From the NCBI GenBank assembly GCA_965262915.1, contig OZ253564.1, forward strand, positions 4,320,001-4,384,000: a stretch of DNA of 64,000 nucleotides, read 5' to 3'. The translations under genes and the position numbers were made by a program. The stretch comes from Candidatus Spongiisociaceae bacterium. GTDB taxonomy: Bacteria > Actinomycetota > Acidimicrobiia > Spongiisociales > Spongiisociaceae. Position 1 is the stretch's first letter. Every line of letters starts with the position of its first letter. The notes beneath the pieces are model-generated. The model saw nothing but the letters and a program-made list of their open reading frames with translations, did no database searches and was not told the DNA's origin. Positions 50,833-59,692 of the stretch are shown piece by piece.

Positions 50833-52446
50833 TCAACCCGGGAGCCTGTCCGAGTACCGGTCCCGCATGACCTTCTTGTCGAACTTCCCGGTGCTGGTCT
50901 TGGGAACCTCGTCCACGAACAGGTAGTCATCCGGCAGCCACCAACCGGGGACCTTACCGGACAGATGGTCCGACAACTCCTCCGCCGTAACCTGCTGACC
51001 CGGATGCGGCACCACCACCGCCAGGGGCCTCTCCTGCCACTTGGGGTGGGTCACACCCACGACTGCCGCCTCGGCCACCGCGGGATGTCCCATGATGATG
51101 TTCTCGATGTCGATCGAGGAGATCCACTCCCCGCCCGACTTGATCACGTCCTTGGATCGGTCGGTTATGCGGATGTAACCCTCCGGGGTGATCTTGCAGA
51201 CGTCCCCGGTTCGCAACCAGCCGTCCACCATCGTGTCGCTGCTTCGAGCATCCCGGATGTATTCGGCGGCGACCCATGGTCCCTGGATGAGCAACTCCCC
51301 GAATGCCTCGCCGTCCTGGGGTAGCTCGTTTCCGTCGTCGTCCACGATCCTGACCCGCAGACCGGGGATCGGCAACCCGGCTGTCTCGAGGAAGTCGAGC
51401 CGGCGTTCCCAGTTCCATGACTCCATATCGGGTCGGAGGTCGGCGATCGCCGCTACCGGGTTGGTCTCGGTCATACCCCAGCCCTGGACCAGGTTGATAC
51501 GCCTGTGCCGCCAGAACCAGTCGATCAACCCTCGCGGCACCGCCGAGCCGCCACACAGGAGTGACCGGATCGACGAGGTGTCACGGTCCGGGTTTGCCTC
51601 CAGGTAGTGCTGGACCCCGAGCCATACGGTCGGGACCCCGGCCGAGAAGGTAACCCGTTCACCCTCGATGAGGCCGACCAGCGCCGCCGGGGACAGGTCG
51701 TGGCCGGGATAGGTGATTCCTGCGCCTGCGGCGGTGGCCATGAACGGATAACCCCAGGCGGCTGCATGGAACATCGGCACCACCGGCATGAAGTTATCCG
51801 ACGCGGCCAGAGGCTTGAAAGCCATGACGGAGATCGTGTGCATGTAGGTCGAGCGCTGCGTATAGGCGACACCCTTGGGATTTCCGGTGGTACCGGAGGT
51901 GTAGCAGTACATGTGGGGCGACCGCTCGTCCAAATCGAGCCACCGGTCCGCGGGCTCGGCATCAGCGATCAGGTCCTCGTAACCGATGGCGCCGGGCAGG
52001 GTTGTGGATGAGGGATCGCCGTCCAACAGGATCCAGTTGGTCACCTTGGGAAGATGAGCGGCTAGCGGCTCGACCATCTCGACCAGGCTTTCCTCCACGA
52101 AGACCGCCCGATCCCCCGCGTGGTCGACTATGTAGCGGATCTGCTCGGGGAACAGCCGAACGTTGACGGTGTGGCAGATCCGTCCGCTGTTCGCGGTGGC
52201 CCAGTAGATCTCGTGGTGACGATGGCTGTTCCAGGCCAGTGTCCCTACCGGCTCCCCGGCCTCGATTCCCAGCCGTTCCAAGGACGTGACCAGCTTCCGT
52301 ACCCGTAGGTCGGTCTGGCCGTAGGTGGTTCGGTGGAGTGACCCGTCGGGGGTGGCCGACACTATCTCGCGGTGAGGGTAGATCCGGACCGCCCGCTCGT
52401 AGAGCGTCGACAACAGCAGCGGGTAATCCTGCATGTGCGGCGGCAT
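50833..52446 (-). CDS. Medium/long-chain fatty acid--CoA ligase (AlkK-like)
   Basis: CYTSGTTGNPKG, QGWGMTE, LRTGD, DVIKSGGEWISS and PKTSTGK. Confidence 0.93.
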   Translation of the reverse strand: MPPHMQDYPLLLSTLYERAVRIYPHREIVSATPDGSLHRTTYGQTDLRVRKLVTSLERLGIEAGEPVGTLAWNSHRHHEIYWATANSGRICHTVNVRLFPEQIRYIVDHAGDRAVFVEESLVEMVEPLAAHLPKVTNWILLDGDPSSTTLPGAIGYEDLIADAEPADRWLDLDERSPHMYCYTSGTTGNPKGVAYTQRSTYMHTISVMAFKPLAASDNFMPVVPMFHAAAWGYPFMATAAGAGITYPGHDLSPAALVGLIEGERVTFSAGVPTVWLGVQHYLEANPDRDTSSIRSLLCGGSAVPRGLIDWFWRHRRINLVQGWGMTETNPVAAIADLRPDMESWNWERRLDFLETAGLPIPGLRVRIVDDDGNELPQDGEAFGELLIQGPWVAAEYIRDARSSDTMVDGWLRTGDVCKITPEGYIRITDRSKDVIKSGGEWISSIDIENIIMGHPAVAEAAVVGVTHPKWQERPLAVVVPHPGQQVTAEELSDHLSGKVPGWWLPDDYLFVDEVPKTSTGKFDKKVMRDRYSDRLPG

Positions 52447-52548
52447 GAGCTTCTCCCAAGATCTATCGGGCAGGCTAGCGAGCCACTCCCGCGAACTCGC
52501 GGAGAGCGCCGGCTGTGCCCGGCCGGATGGGCGGGTTAGTCTTGGACG

Positions 52549-54147
52549 ATGCCCGCCGTATATCGGACCGAGTTAACGCCCCTTTCCTTCCTCGAACGCT
52601 CCTCGCTCGTCTACGCCGACAAGACGGCCATCGTGGACGGTGACCGCCGGATCACCTACCGGGAGATGGCCCTGGAGACCACCCGTATGGCCAACTCCCT
52701 GGCCGATTCGGGCATCGGACCGGGTGACCGGGTGGCCTTCCTGTGCTCCAACATCCCCGAGATGCTGCTGGCCCACTTCGGGGTGCCGCTCATCGGGGCG
52801 GTTCTGGTGGCGGTCAACACACGCCTCTCCCCCCACGAGATTCGCTACATCCTCGATCACTCCGGAGCGAAGATGCTGTTCGGGGAGACGGAGTTGCTCG
52901 CACCCCTCGCCGGGGTGATGGGGGATCTCCCCAACGTCGCCGAAGTGGTTTCGATCGAACGCTCCGGCACCCAGGCCGGATACCGGACCACCCCGTACCA
53001 CCGGTTCCTCACCAGGGGATCGGATCAGCCGCTCCCGTGGACCGTGGACGACGAGGAACGCACCATCTCGATCAACTACACGTCCGGCACCACCGGCCGT
53101 CCGAAGGGCGTCATGTACACGCATCGCGGTGCTTACCTCAACGCTTTGGGGGAGATCATCCACTCGCGCCACTCCCCTCGTTCCGTATACCTATGGACCC
53201 TTCCAATGTTCCACTGCAACGGTTGGTGTACGACGTGGGGCGTCACCGGAATCGGTGGGACCCACATATGCCTTCCGCGCTTGGATCCGGCCGAGATCTG
53301 GTCGCTGATCGACTCTCAGGGCGTCACGCACTTCAACGCGGCGCCCACCATCCTGATCGGTCTGGTCAACGCGCCCCAGGCTCACCCCTTCCCGCGGCCG
53401 GTGACCATCACCACCGGCGGGGCGCCGCCCAGCCCCACCCTCGTCGAGGCAATGGAGGGACTGGGGGCGGAGATCGTCCACTTGTACGGCCTGACGGAGA
53501 CCTACGGGCCCCACACCGTCTGCGAACTCCAGGCGGGTGTCGAGTCGATGCCCGTGGCAGAACGAGCCGGGTTTCTGGCCCGCCAGGGCGTGTCGTACCT
53601 CATTGCCGACCCCGTGCGGGTGGTCGACAACCAGATGCGGGATGTCCCGCGAGACGCCACCGCCATGGGGGAAGTGGTGATGAGGGGCAACAACGTGATG
53701 AAGGGGTACTTCGATAGCCCGGAGGCCACGGCCGAGGCCTTCCGAGGTGGCTTCTTCCACTCCGGAGATATCGCGGTTTGGCATCCCGACCAGTACATAG
53801 ACCTGCGGGATCGCTCGAAGGACATCATCATCTCCGGAGGCGAGAACATCTCGACCATCGAGGTCGAGAAGGTCATCTCCAACCACCCGGCGGTGTTGGA
53901 GTGCGCCGTGGTGGGCGTGCCCCACGAACGATGGGGAGAACGCCCGAAGGCTTTCGTGGTACTCAAGTCCGGCCACACCGCCCGGCCCCGGGAGATCATC
54001 GACCACGTAAGGGACCGCCTGGCCCACTTCAAAGCGCCCGATACGGTGGCGTTGGTCGATACCCTGCCGAAGACCTCCACCGGAAAGATCCAGAAGTTCG
54101 TTCTCCGGAACTCGGAGTGGGAAAGCAGCGCACGCCGGATCAACTAG
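52549..54147 (+). CDS. Acyl-CoA synthetase (AMP-forming)
   Basis: LTPLSFLER, NYTSGTTGRPKG, PMFHCNGW, YGLTETYGP and DIIISGGENIS. Confidence 0.93.
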   Translation: MPAVYRTELTPLSFLERSSLVYADKTAIVDGDRRITYREMALETTRMANSLADSGIGPGDRVAFLCSNIPEMLLAHFGVPLIGAVLVAVNTRLSPHEIRYILDHSGAKMLFGETELLAPLAGVMGDLPNVAEVVSIERSGTQAGYRTTPYHRFLTRGSDQPLPWTVDDEERTISINYTSGTTGRPKGVMYTHRGAYLNALGEIIHSRHSPRSVYLWTLPMFHCNGWCTTWGVTGIGGTHICLPRLDPAEIWSLIDSQGVTHFNAAPTILIGLVNAPQAHPFPRPVTITTGGAPPSPTLVEAMEGLGAEIVHLYGLTETYGPHTVCELQAGVESMPVAERAGFLARQGVSYLIADPVRVVDNQMRDVPRDATAMGEVVMRGNNVMKGYFDSPEATAEAFRGGFFHSGDIAVWHPDQYIDLRDRSKDIIISGGENISTIEVEKVISNHPAVLECAVVGVPHERWGERPKAFVVLKSGHTARPREIIDHVRDRLAHFKAPDTVALVDTLPKTSTGKIQKFVLRNSEWESSARRIN

Positions 54148-54239
54148 AAGGGTGCTGAGAGACCCGGAGACAGACCGTGCTCCGCGGCCATCGGGATATG
54201 GGCGGCGAACACTCCGGGGAGTGCACCAGCAGGGCCGGA

Positions 54240-54571
54240 ACGACAAACCCCGAGTGAGCCTGACGGCCCTCTCGGGGTTGCCGTTGCTCTCCCTTGCCTT
54301 CGCCCGAAGGCGGCGGTTCGTTCGAGCCGTTTCGGAAGCCGGCCCGAAGGTCGCCTTCCCCACTACCCTTCCACGGCCGCATCGCTGCCACCGCTTCCGG
54401 GTCGCGGTCCCGGCTCGGACCGAGGTCCTGACCGGTGTTGCGTTTCCCCTATGGTCGCATCGCTGCTCCCGTCGGAGTCCCGCCCACCTTCCCTTCTGCA
54501 TCGGCGCCGGTACCGAGGTACCACCACCGGCTGCTCCAGTCCGGTCTCTGCCCGGGTTGCCCCGTTCAGCA
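54240..54571 (-). ncRNA. Candidate ~330-nt highly structured non-coding RNA
   Basis: Upstream TTGCCT-N17-TAGCTT (54606-54578); many tetraloop hairpins (GCAA, UUCG x2, CUCG x2, GCGA x2); ends in the AACCCCGAG/CTCGGGGTT stem; no credible ORF. Confidence 0.55.
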
Positions 54572-54758
54572 CTTACAAAGCTAAGTTGTCCGCAGAGGGA
54601 AGGCAAGGCAGAGAGATCGGAATCTTTCGCGCCTCAAGCATTCTTTTCGCGGCCGTCCCGGCAACGACTCCCGGCCTTCAGGACAAGACCCGGCATTGGT
54701 CGGCCACCCGGAGCACCTCATGTCACTTTCCGGCCGCCGGTCCCGTATAGTTACGTGC

Positions 54759-55673
54759 ATGTCATTAGTGATCACGCGTGAACGGCCCCCCCAGCCGACC
54801 GGACCGGAGGAGGTGGCGGGTCGATCCCCCGACGCCGTCGCTCCGGCTTCCGTCCAACCGAGCACGGCGACCCTCTCCCCCAGCCGGGCGTCCAACTTCA
54901 AACAATGTCCCCTGCTCTTCCGGTACCGGTCGATCGATCGTCTCCCCGAACCGCCCTCCGTGTACCAGGCCCGGGGCACCACCGCCCACCTGGCCCTCGA
55001 GTGCCTCTTCGATCTTCCCGCCGAACAAAGGACCGCCCAACGCCTCTTCGATCTGTTCCGCGAGGCGTGGACCGGTTTGCGCGCCGATCCCGAATACTCG
55101 GGACTGTTCGAGACCCTCGACGATGAGCGAGCCTGGGGGATCGAGAGCCTGGGAGTTCTGGCCAACTACCTGACCCTCGAGAACCCGGTAGCGGTCACTC
55201 CCCTCGGCAAAGAACTCGACATGACGGAGAAGGTGGGAGAGATCGTCATAAGGGGCATCCTGGACCGTCTCGACGAGCGCCCCGACGGTCAGCTGATGAT
55301 CGTCGACTACAAGACGGGACGCGCCCCGCCGGAGCGTTACGCCCTCCCGGCCTTCTTCGCCCTCAAGATCTACGCATTGCTGGTGCGCCGCAGGTTCGGG
55401 CGCACGCCTGCCGAACTGCGACTCATGTACCTGGGCAACTCCACCGTCTACTCGATCGGCGTGGACGACCGGGTTCTGGACGGGATGGAGCGCCAACTGG
55501 CCGCCTTGGCCGAGGCGATCGAACGAGCCATAGAGCGCGATCACTTCCCGCCCAGGCCCTCAGTGCTGTGCAAGTGGTGCTCGTTCCAGCAGATCTGCCC
55601 CGCTTTCAGCGATATGCGGGACGATGAGCCTTCCCGCCGCCCACCTCCCGTACCTGTGGCTCTGGCTGGCTGA
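54759..55673 (+). CDS. RecB-family PD-(D/E)XK exonuclease with Fe-S cysteines
   Basis: LSPSRASNFKQCP, RGILDRLD, IVDYKTG and C-terminal LCKWCSFQQICP; TATAGT just upstream suggests a leaderless start. Confidence 0.88.
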   Translation: MSLVITRERPPQPTGPEEVAGRSPDAVAPASVQPSTATLSPSRASNFKQCPLLFRYRSIDRLPEPPSVYQARGTTAHLALECLFDLPAEQRTAQRLFDLFREAWTGLRADPEYSGLFETLDDERAWGIESLGVLANYLTLENPVAVTPLGKELDMTEKVGEIVIRGILDRLDERPDGQLMIVDYKTGRAPPERYALPAFFALKIYALLVRRRFGRTPAELRLMYLGNSTVYSIGVDDRVLDGMERQLAALAEAIERAIERDHFPPRPSVLCKWCSFQQICPAFSDMRDDEPSRRPPPVPVALAG

Positions 55674-55684
55674 ACCCCGCCTAG

Positions 55685-55787
55685 CGGGGTACTGAGAAAT
55701 CCCTCCCCCCGTTGGCCCGACGGTCATGACGGACTGCCATGCCGGCGGACGATGGGCCGGCCAGCCGCCAGTTTTCTCGGCACCTTC
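55685..55787. mobile_element. ~100-bp MITE (family B) with a perfect CTAG duplication
   Basis: CTAG(55681)-CGGGGTACTGAGAAA ... TTTCTCGGCACCTTC-CTAG(55788). Confidence 0.8.
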
Positions 55788-56183
55788 CTAGTGTCCTGAG
55801 TCTTTGGTTCGCGGTGTTCAGGAACCGGCGTCGTCCCACGATCGGCATGCCCACCGATTTACAGCACCCCCGCAGGGACCGGCCGCGCCGCCACAAGGGG
55901 ATTGACATGTCACAGTCCCGTTGTATAATGGTAAATAGCCGTAAACACCACCGGTCCGTTTTGCGGTACCGACCGGACCGGGGCAGGGATCATGTTGTCG
56001 GAGCCGACCCCTCGCAGGGGATGGCGGGACGCGTTCGGGAACCGAGGAGGTGGCGGTTGGGGGTGGGCCCGTCGGAGGGATCCGGTCCGGCGTTTTTCGC
56101 GTTCTCGGTCCCCCAAGGCCTGCCGGGTGCCATCGCCGGCACGTCCCGAGTATCCATAACTGATCCCGGAATCAGGACATTAT
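55788..56183 (+). mobile_element. 396-bp element family C, copy 2
   Basis: CTAGTGTCCTGAGTC ... AATCAGGACATTAT; contains the consensus promoter TTGACA(55902)-N16-TATAAT(55924). Confidence 0.88.
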
Positions 56184-56187
56184 GACC

Positions 56188-56281
56188 GTGGTCAAAACCC
56201 CTTCACGGCACGTCGACCGATGACATGATGCCTGTTCAGAGGAAGACGGGCCGTTGCCCCCCACCATCTTGCAGCACCCTC
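56188..56281 (+). mobile_element. ~100-bp MITE (family A), copy 4, left end damaged
   Basis: Interior matches the A copies; right end TTGCAGCACCCTC abuts the gdh TAG. Confidence 0.8.
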
Positions 56282-57550
56282 CTACGGGTACACCCCCCGC
56301 ACGAGTTTGGCAGCCGCAACCCGCTCAATGCCCTTCATGAGCGCCGCGGTCCGCATGTCCACCTTCTTCCTGATGCTCACGACGAGCACGTCCTCGAAGG
56401 CCCGGATCATGATCTCCCTCAGCCGGCTGACGATCTCGTTCTCCGACCAGAAGTAGTTCTGGAGGTCCTGTACCCACTCGAAATAGGAGACGGTCACCCC
56501 ACCGGCGTTGCAGAGGATGTCCGGAACGATGAGCACCCCCTTGTCCCGCAGCACCCGGTCCGCCTCCAGCGTGGTCGGGTTGTTGGCGCCTTCCAGGATC
56601 AGCTTGGTATCGACCTCCTCGACGTTGCGGGCCGTGATCACACTCCCGACCGCCGCCGGTATCAGCACCTCGCATTCCAGGGCGAACAACTCGTCCGGCC
56701 GGATGGGATCGGCCCCGGGAAAGCCTTGCACGCCGCCTGTCCTGTCGACGTGGCGGGTCAGCCTGCCCACTTCGAGCCCGTTACCGTTGTGGATCGCACC
56801 GCTGAGGTCAGCCACCCCGGTCACCCGGCAACCGAGTTCGGCCGCGGCGATCGCCGCGTAGCGGCCCACGTTGCCGAAACCCTGGATGACCACCCGGGCA
56901 CCATCGACCCGGACCCCGCACCGGGCGGCTGCGGAGGGCAGGAGGCTGATGACCCCGCGCCCGGTCGCTTCCCGGCGGGCTACCGAGCCACCCAGCTCGG
57001 GCGGCTTTCCGGTGACCACCGCCGGGACCGCGTAACCCTGGTTCTGGCTGTAGGTGTCCATGATCCAGGCCATGACCTGCTCATCGGTCCCCAGGTCGGG
57101 CGCCGGGATGTCTTTCTGGGGACCGATCATGTTTATCACCTCGGCGGTGTAACGCCGCGTGACCCTTTGGAGCTCCGCCCTCGAGAGGGCACGGGGGTTT
57201 ATCCGCACGCCCCCCTTGGCGCCTCCGAAGGGAAGCCCCACAAGAGCGCACTTCCAGGTCATGAGCATGGCCAGGGCCGCGACCTCACCCAGGTTGACAT
57301 CTTCCGCGTACCTGATCCCGCCCTTGGTCGGCCCCATGGTGAGCACGTGCTGCACGCGGTATCCGAAGGCGGTACGAACCTTCGAGTACTCGTCGGTGCG
57401 GTAGGGGAACGTGACCACCAGAGCACGCTGCGGCTTGGTGAGCCTCTCGCGCACGTTGTCGTCGAGGTTGATCATCTCGGCCACGTTCTCGAACTGGGCC
57501 ACCGCCTCCCGGTACATGGGCGAGTCCCACTCCATCTCGTTAGTTACCAT
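56282..57550 (-). CDS. gdhA: Glu/Leu/Phe/Val dehydrogenase (glutamate dehydrogenase)
   Basis: GPTKGGIRY, GGAKGG, DIPAPD, QGFGNVG, EGANNP and NAGGVTVSYFEW. Confidence 0.93.
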   Translation of the reverse strand: MVTNEMEWDSPMYREAVAQFENVAEMINLDDNVRERLTKPQRALVVTFPYRTDEYSKVRTAFGYRVQHVLTMGPTKGGIRYAEDVNLGEVAALAMLMTWKCALVGLPFGGAKGGVRINPRALSRAELQRVTRRYTAEVINMIGPQKDIPAPDLGTDEQVMAWIMDTYSQNQGYAVPAVVTGKPPELGGSVARREATGRGVISLLPSAAARCGVRVDGARVVIQGFGNVGRYAAIAAAELGCRVTGVADLSGAIHNGNGLEVGRLTRHVDRTGGVQGFPGADPIRPDELFALECEVLIPAAVGSVITARNVEEVDTKLILEGANNPTTLEADRVLRDKGVLIVPDILCNAGGVTVSYFEWVQDLQNYFWSENEIVSRLREIMIRAFEDVLVVSIRKKVDMRTAALMKGIERVAAAKLVRGVYP

Positions 57551-57605
57551 TGTTTCCCCAGGTCAGAGGCTGTTTGACTTTTTTTGGTTACTACTTCTGT
57601 AACCG

Positions 57606-57983
57606 CTAGATGTCCGAGACGTTCTGGAACGGTACGACCAATCCCGAGACGGCAACCGCTCCGGACACGTCCATACCGCCGGCCACAATTTTCTGGAAGG
57701 ACGTGACCCGGCCCTGTAAGTCATGAGCGTACAACCCATCGAACAGAAACGATATCTCGGTGTCTAGCTTGGTCGATAGTTCCTCGACCACGAGATCGGC
57801 CACAGGTTGGACGGCGGTTGTGAGGAACCGCCGAAACGCGCCCCGCTGGCCAACTCCGTCCGCGTCCGTAACCAACGACACGCGAACGCCGCAAGCGGAT
57901 AGAACAGCCTCGAACACGTCCGACCGCAACGTCGGCACCACGGCGGGAGGGTTCACGCGGGTACCCAATCGCGAACCGACCAC
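57606..57983 (-). pseudogene. Phage portal protein C-terminal remnant
   Basis: VLSACGV..SL...RRFLTTAVQPVADLVVEELSTKL...DLQGR resembles portal C-termini; no N-terminal part is present. Confidence 0.5.
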
Positions 57984-58288
57984 CCTTCACACCATCACAG
58001 CCGCCTAGACACCGGGCAGAGCAAAAGAACACCTGCTACCGACACATCGCACCATATCCCTCACAGCGGTCGGCGGGTCAACGGGTCCCCGTCGGATCAC
58101 GGCACCCACACCGGGCCAGCTGCTCCAAGCGTGGGACCTGAGACACGTAAACTCGGCCAGGATCGGGGAAGGCGAGCTCACAGCGGCGGGTCTGAGGCGT
58201 CAGTGCCTGATGGAAGGCGTCGGACGTGGGGAACAGCGACAGGTTGACCTACGAGCAGCGGGCAGCCGCCATGTCGGTCCTCGACCTC

Positions 58289-58414
58289 GCAATACCGCAC
58301 AACAGTGGGATCGGAGCAGCCACGGCAAGAGCACCGACGTACTCAGGGGTCCGCCGCCGAAGTAGAGATATTGGCGGAGTATCTCTGGCAACTCGAAGGT
58401 GACACCCCGGATAC
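58289..58414 (+). repeat. Putative recombination site R1 with flanks
   Basis: Palindrome AGAGATA-TTGGCGGAG-TATCTCT (58364-58386); left flank shared with 59547-59632, right flank with 63577-63628. Confidence 0.8.
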
Positions 58415-58815
58415 GAACTGCGGGTTTCAGCGCTGCCTATTACTGTCGGGGGTCCGGTGGTGGTTGCTCTGTTGAGTAGAAGCGGATCGTCATCCTGAGC
58501 GGTCTCTGCGATGGCGAGCCGTTCGATCACCGGTAGGCGACGAAGGCAGGCCGGAGCCATTGGGGGTTGATCATCGGGTTGACCAATTTGGACCTTTCCC
58601 TTGCGCGTCGAGCGAGGCCCCGTCTACTACGGGATCTCGGCTGACACCCTGCTCAGAGGATCACGGGGTCTACGCCACAGCGGATGCCTCACAGTGCAAC
58701 GGCAGCGGATCATCGCGCCGCTTGAACGCGAGGGTATTTCCTTGGAGAACTGTTGCACCCTCAACCCGCCGTTCGGTCCCCGGGGACGGGTCAGTACCGC
58801 CGCCAGTGTGTCCCG

Positions 58816-59352
58816 ATGACCGTCCATGCCTTTATCGACGAATCGCGACGAGGCCGCTTCTATCTGGTTTGTGTGGTTTTGGTCGACCCCGGTGACCTGC
58901 CCGCTGTCCGGGTGGGACTGCGTGCCATGCTGATGCCAGGCCAACGGCGTCTGCACTTCGTCAACGAGAGCGCCCGCCGCCGTCGGGGGCTGCTCGCGGC
59001 GATGTCCAAACTTCCCGTCCGCGCCCGGGTGTACACCTCAACCAAAAAAGAGCCCCTCGCTCGCCGGCAGGCTCTGGCGGCGATACTGAGCGACTCGGGG
59101 AACGTCGACATAACCCGGATCGTCATCGAACGGCGAGAAGCCGGCCAAGACACCCAAGAGCGCCGCCAGATCGCGGCGGCCATCCGCGCCGGTAACGCAC
59201 CAGCCGCTCTGTCCTACCAACACCTATCAGGCTTCGAGGAGCCCCTGCTATGGGTAGCTGACGCCGTAGCATGGTCATGCGGAGCCCAGGGCAGGTGGCG
59301 GTCCCGAGTCAGCGACATCCTCGACTACGTCCGCGACGTTGACCAGCGCTGA
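58816..59352 (+). CDS. DUF3800-like (RNase H-fold) protein
   Basis: MTVHAFIDES, RLHF and EPLLWVADAVAW motifs. Confidence 0.75.
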   Translation: MTVHAFIDESRRGRFYLVCVVLVDPGDLPAVRVGLRAMLMPGQRRLHFVNESARRRRGLLAAMSKLPVRARVYTSTKKEPLARRQALAAILSDSGNVDITRIVIERREAGQDTQERRQIAAAIRAGNAPAALSYQHLSGFEEPLLWVADAVAWSCGAQGRWRSRVSDILDYVRDVDQR

Positions 59353-59357
59353 CCCCC

Positions 59358-59445
59358 AGACGCGCGAAAGTTCGGTCACTCACCGTCCGGGGAGGTACCG
59401 AACTCCGCTTCCGCAGGCTACCGCCCACAGCCCCACCAGTATACC
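59358..59445 (+). ncRNA. DUF3800-associated structured RNA motif (candidate)
   Basis: Directly after the stop: GCGCGAA, stem AGTTCGGT/ACCGAACT enclosing CACCGTCCGG, then CTTCC...GGCTAC; position matches the DUF3800 RNA motif families. Confidence 0.6.
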
Positions 59446-59546
59446 ATTGACGCGCCTTCCCCACCCTTTAGGGGGAACACCCGGCCCACAAACCGGCTTC
59501 TAGCCATTTGGCTTATGTTGGTTAACGATCCGAAGGCTGGGTTCGG

Positions 59547-59644
59547 GCAATACCGCACAACAGTGGGATCGGACCAGTCACGGCAAGAGCACCGACGGAC
59601 TCAGGGGCCCGCCACCTAAGTAGAGATATTGGACCGGTATTTTG
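59547..59644 (+). repeat. Putative hybrid recombination site R2
   Basis: ~85 bp near-identical to the R1 left flank through TAGAGATATTGG, then ACCGG-TATTTTG (degenerate right arm). Confidence 0.8.
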
Positions 59645-59692
59645 AGACAATCGGCCGCTGGCTACGATGTGTCCGGATCAAAGGGGGCAGAT

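Noticed and set aside
54240-54571. Identification of the candidate RNA as RNase P, tmRNA, SRP or a group II intron
   Set aside because: No GAGGAAAGUCC P4 motif, tRNA-like ends, SRP domain IV or intron domain V were seen.
54759-55673. RecB-like nuclease as Cas4 of a CRISPR system
   Set aside because: No array or other cas genes nearby; fits a stand-alone PD-(D/E)XK family.
58420-58760. Short ORFs between R1 and DUF3800
   Set aside because: They look like frameshifted fragments and could not be assigned to a family by eye.
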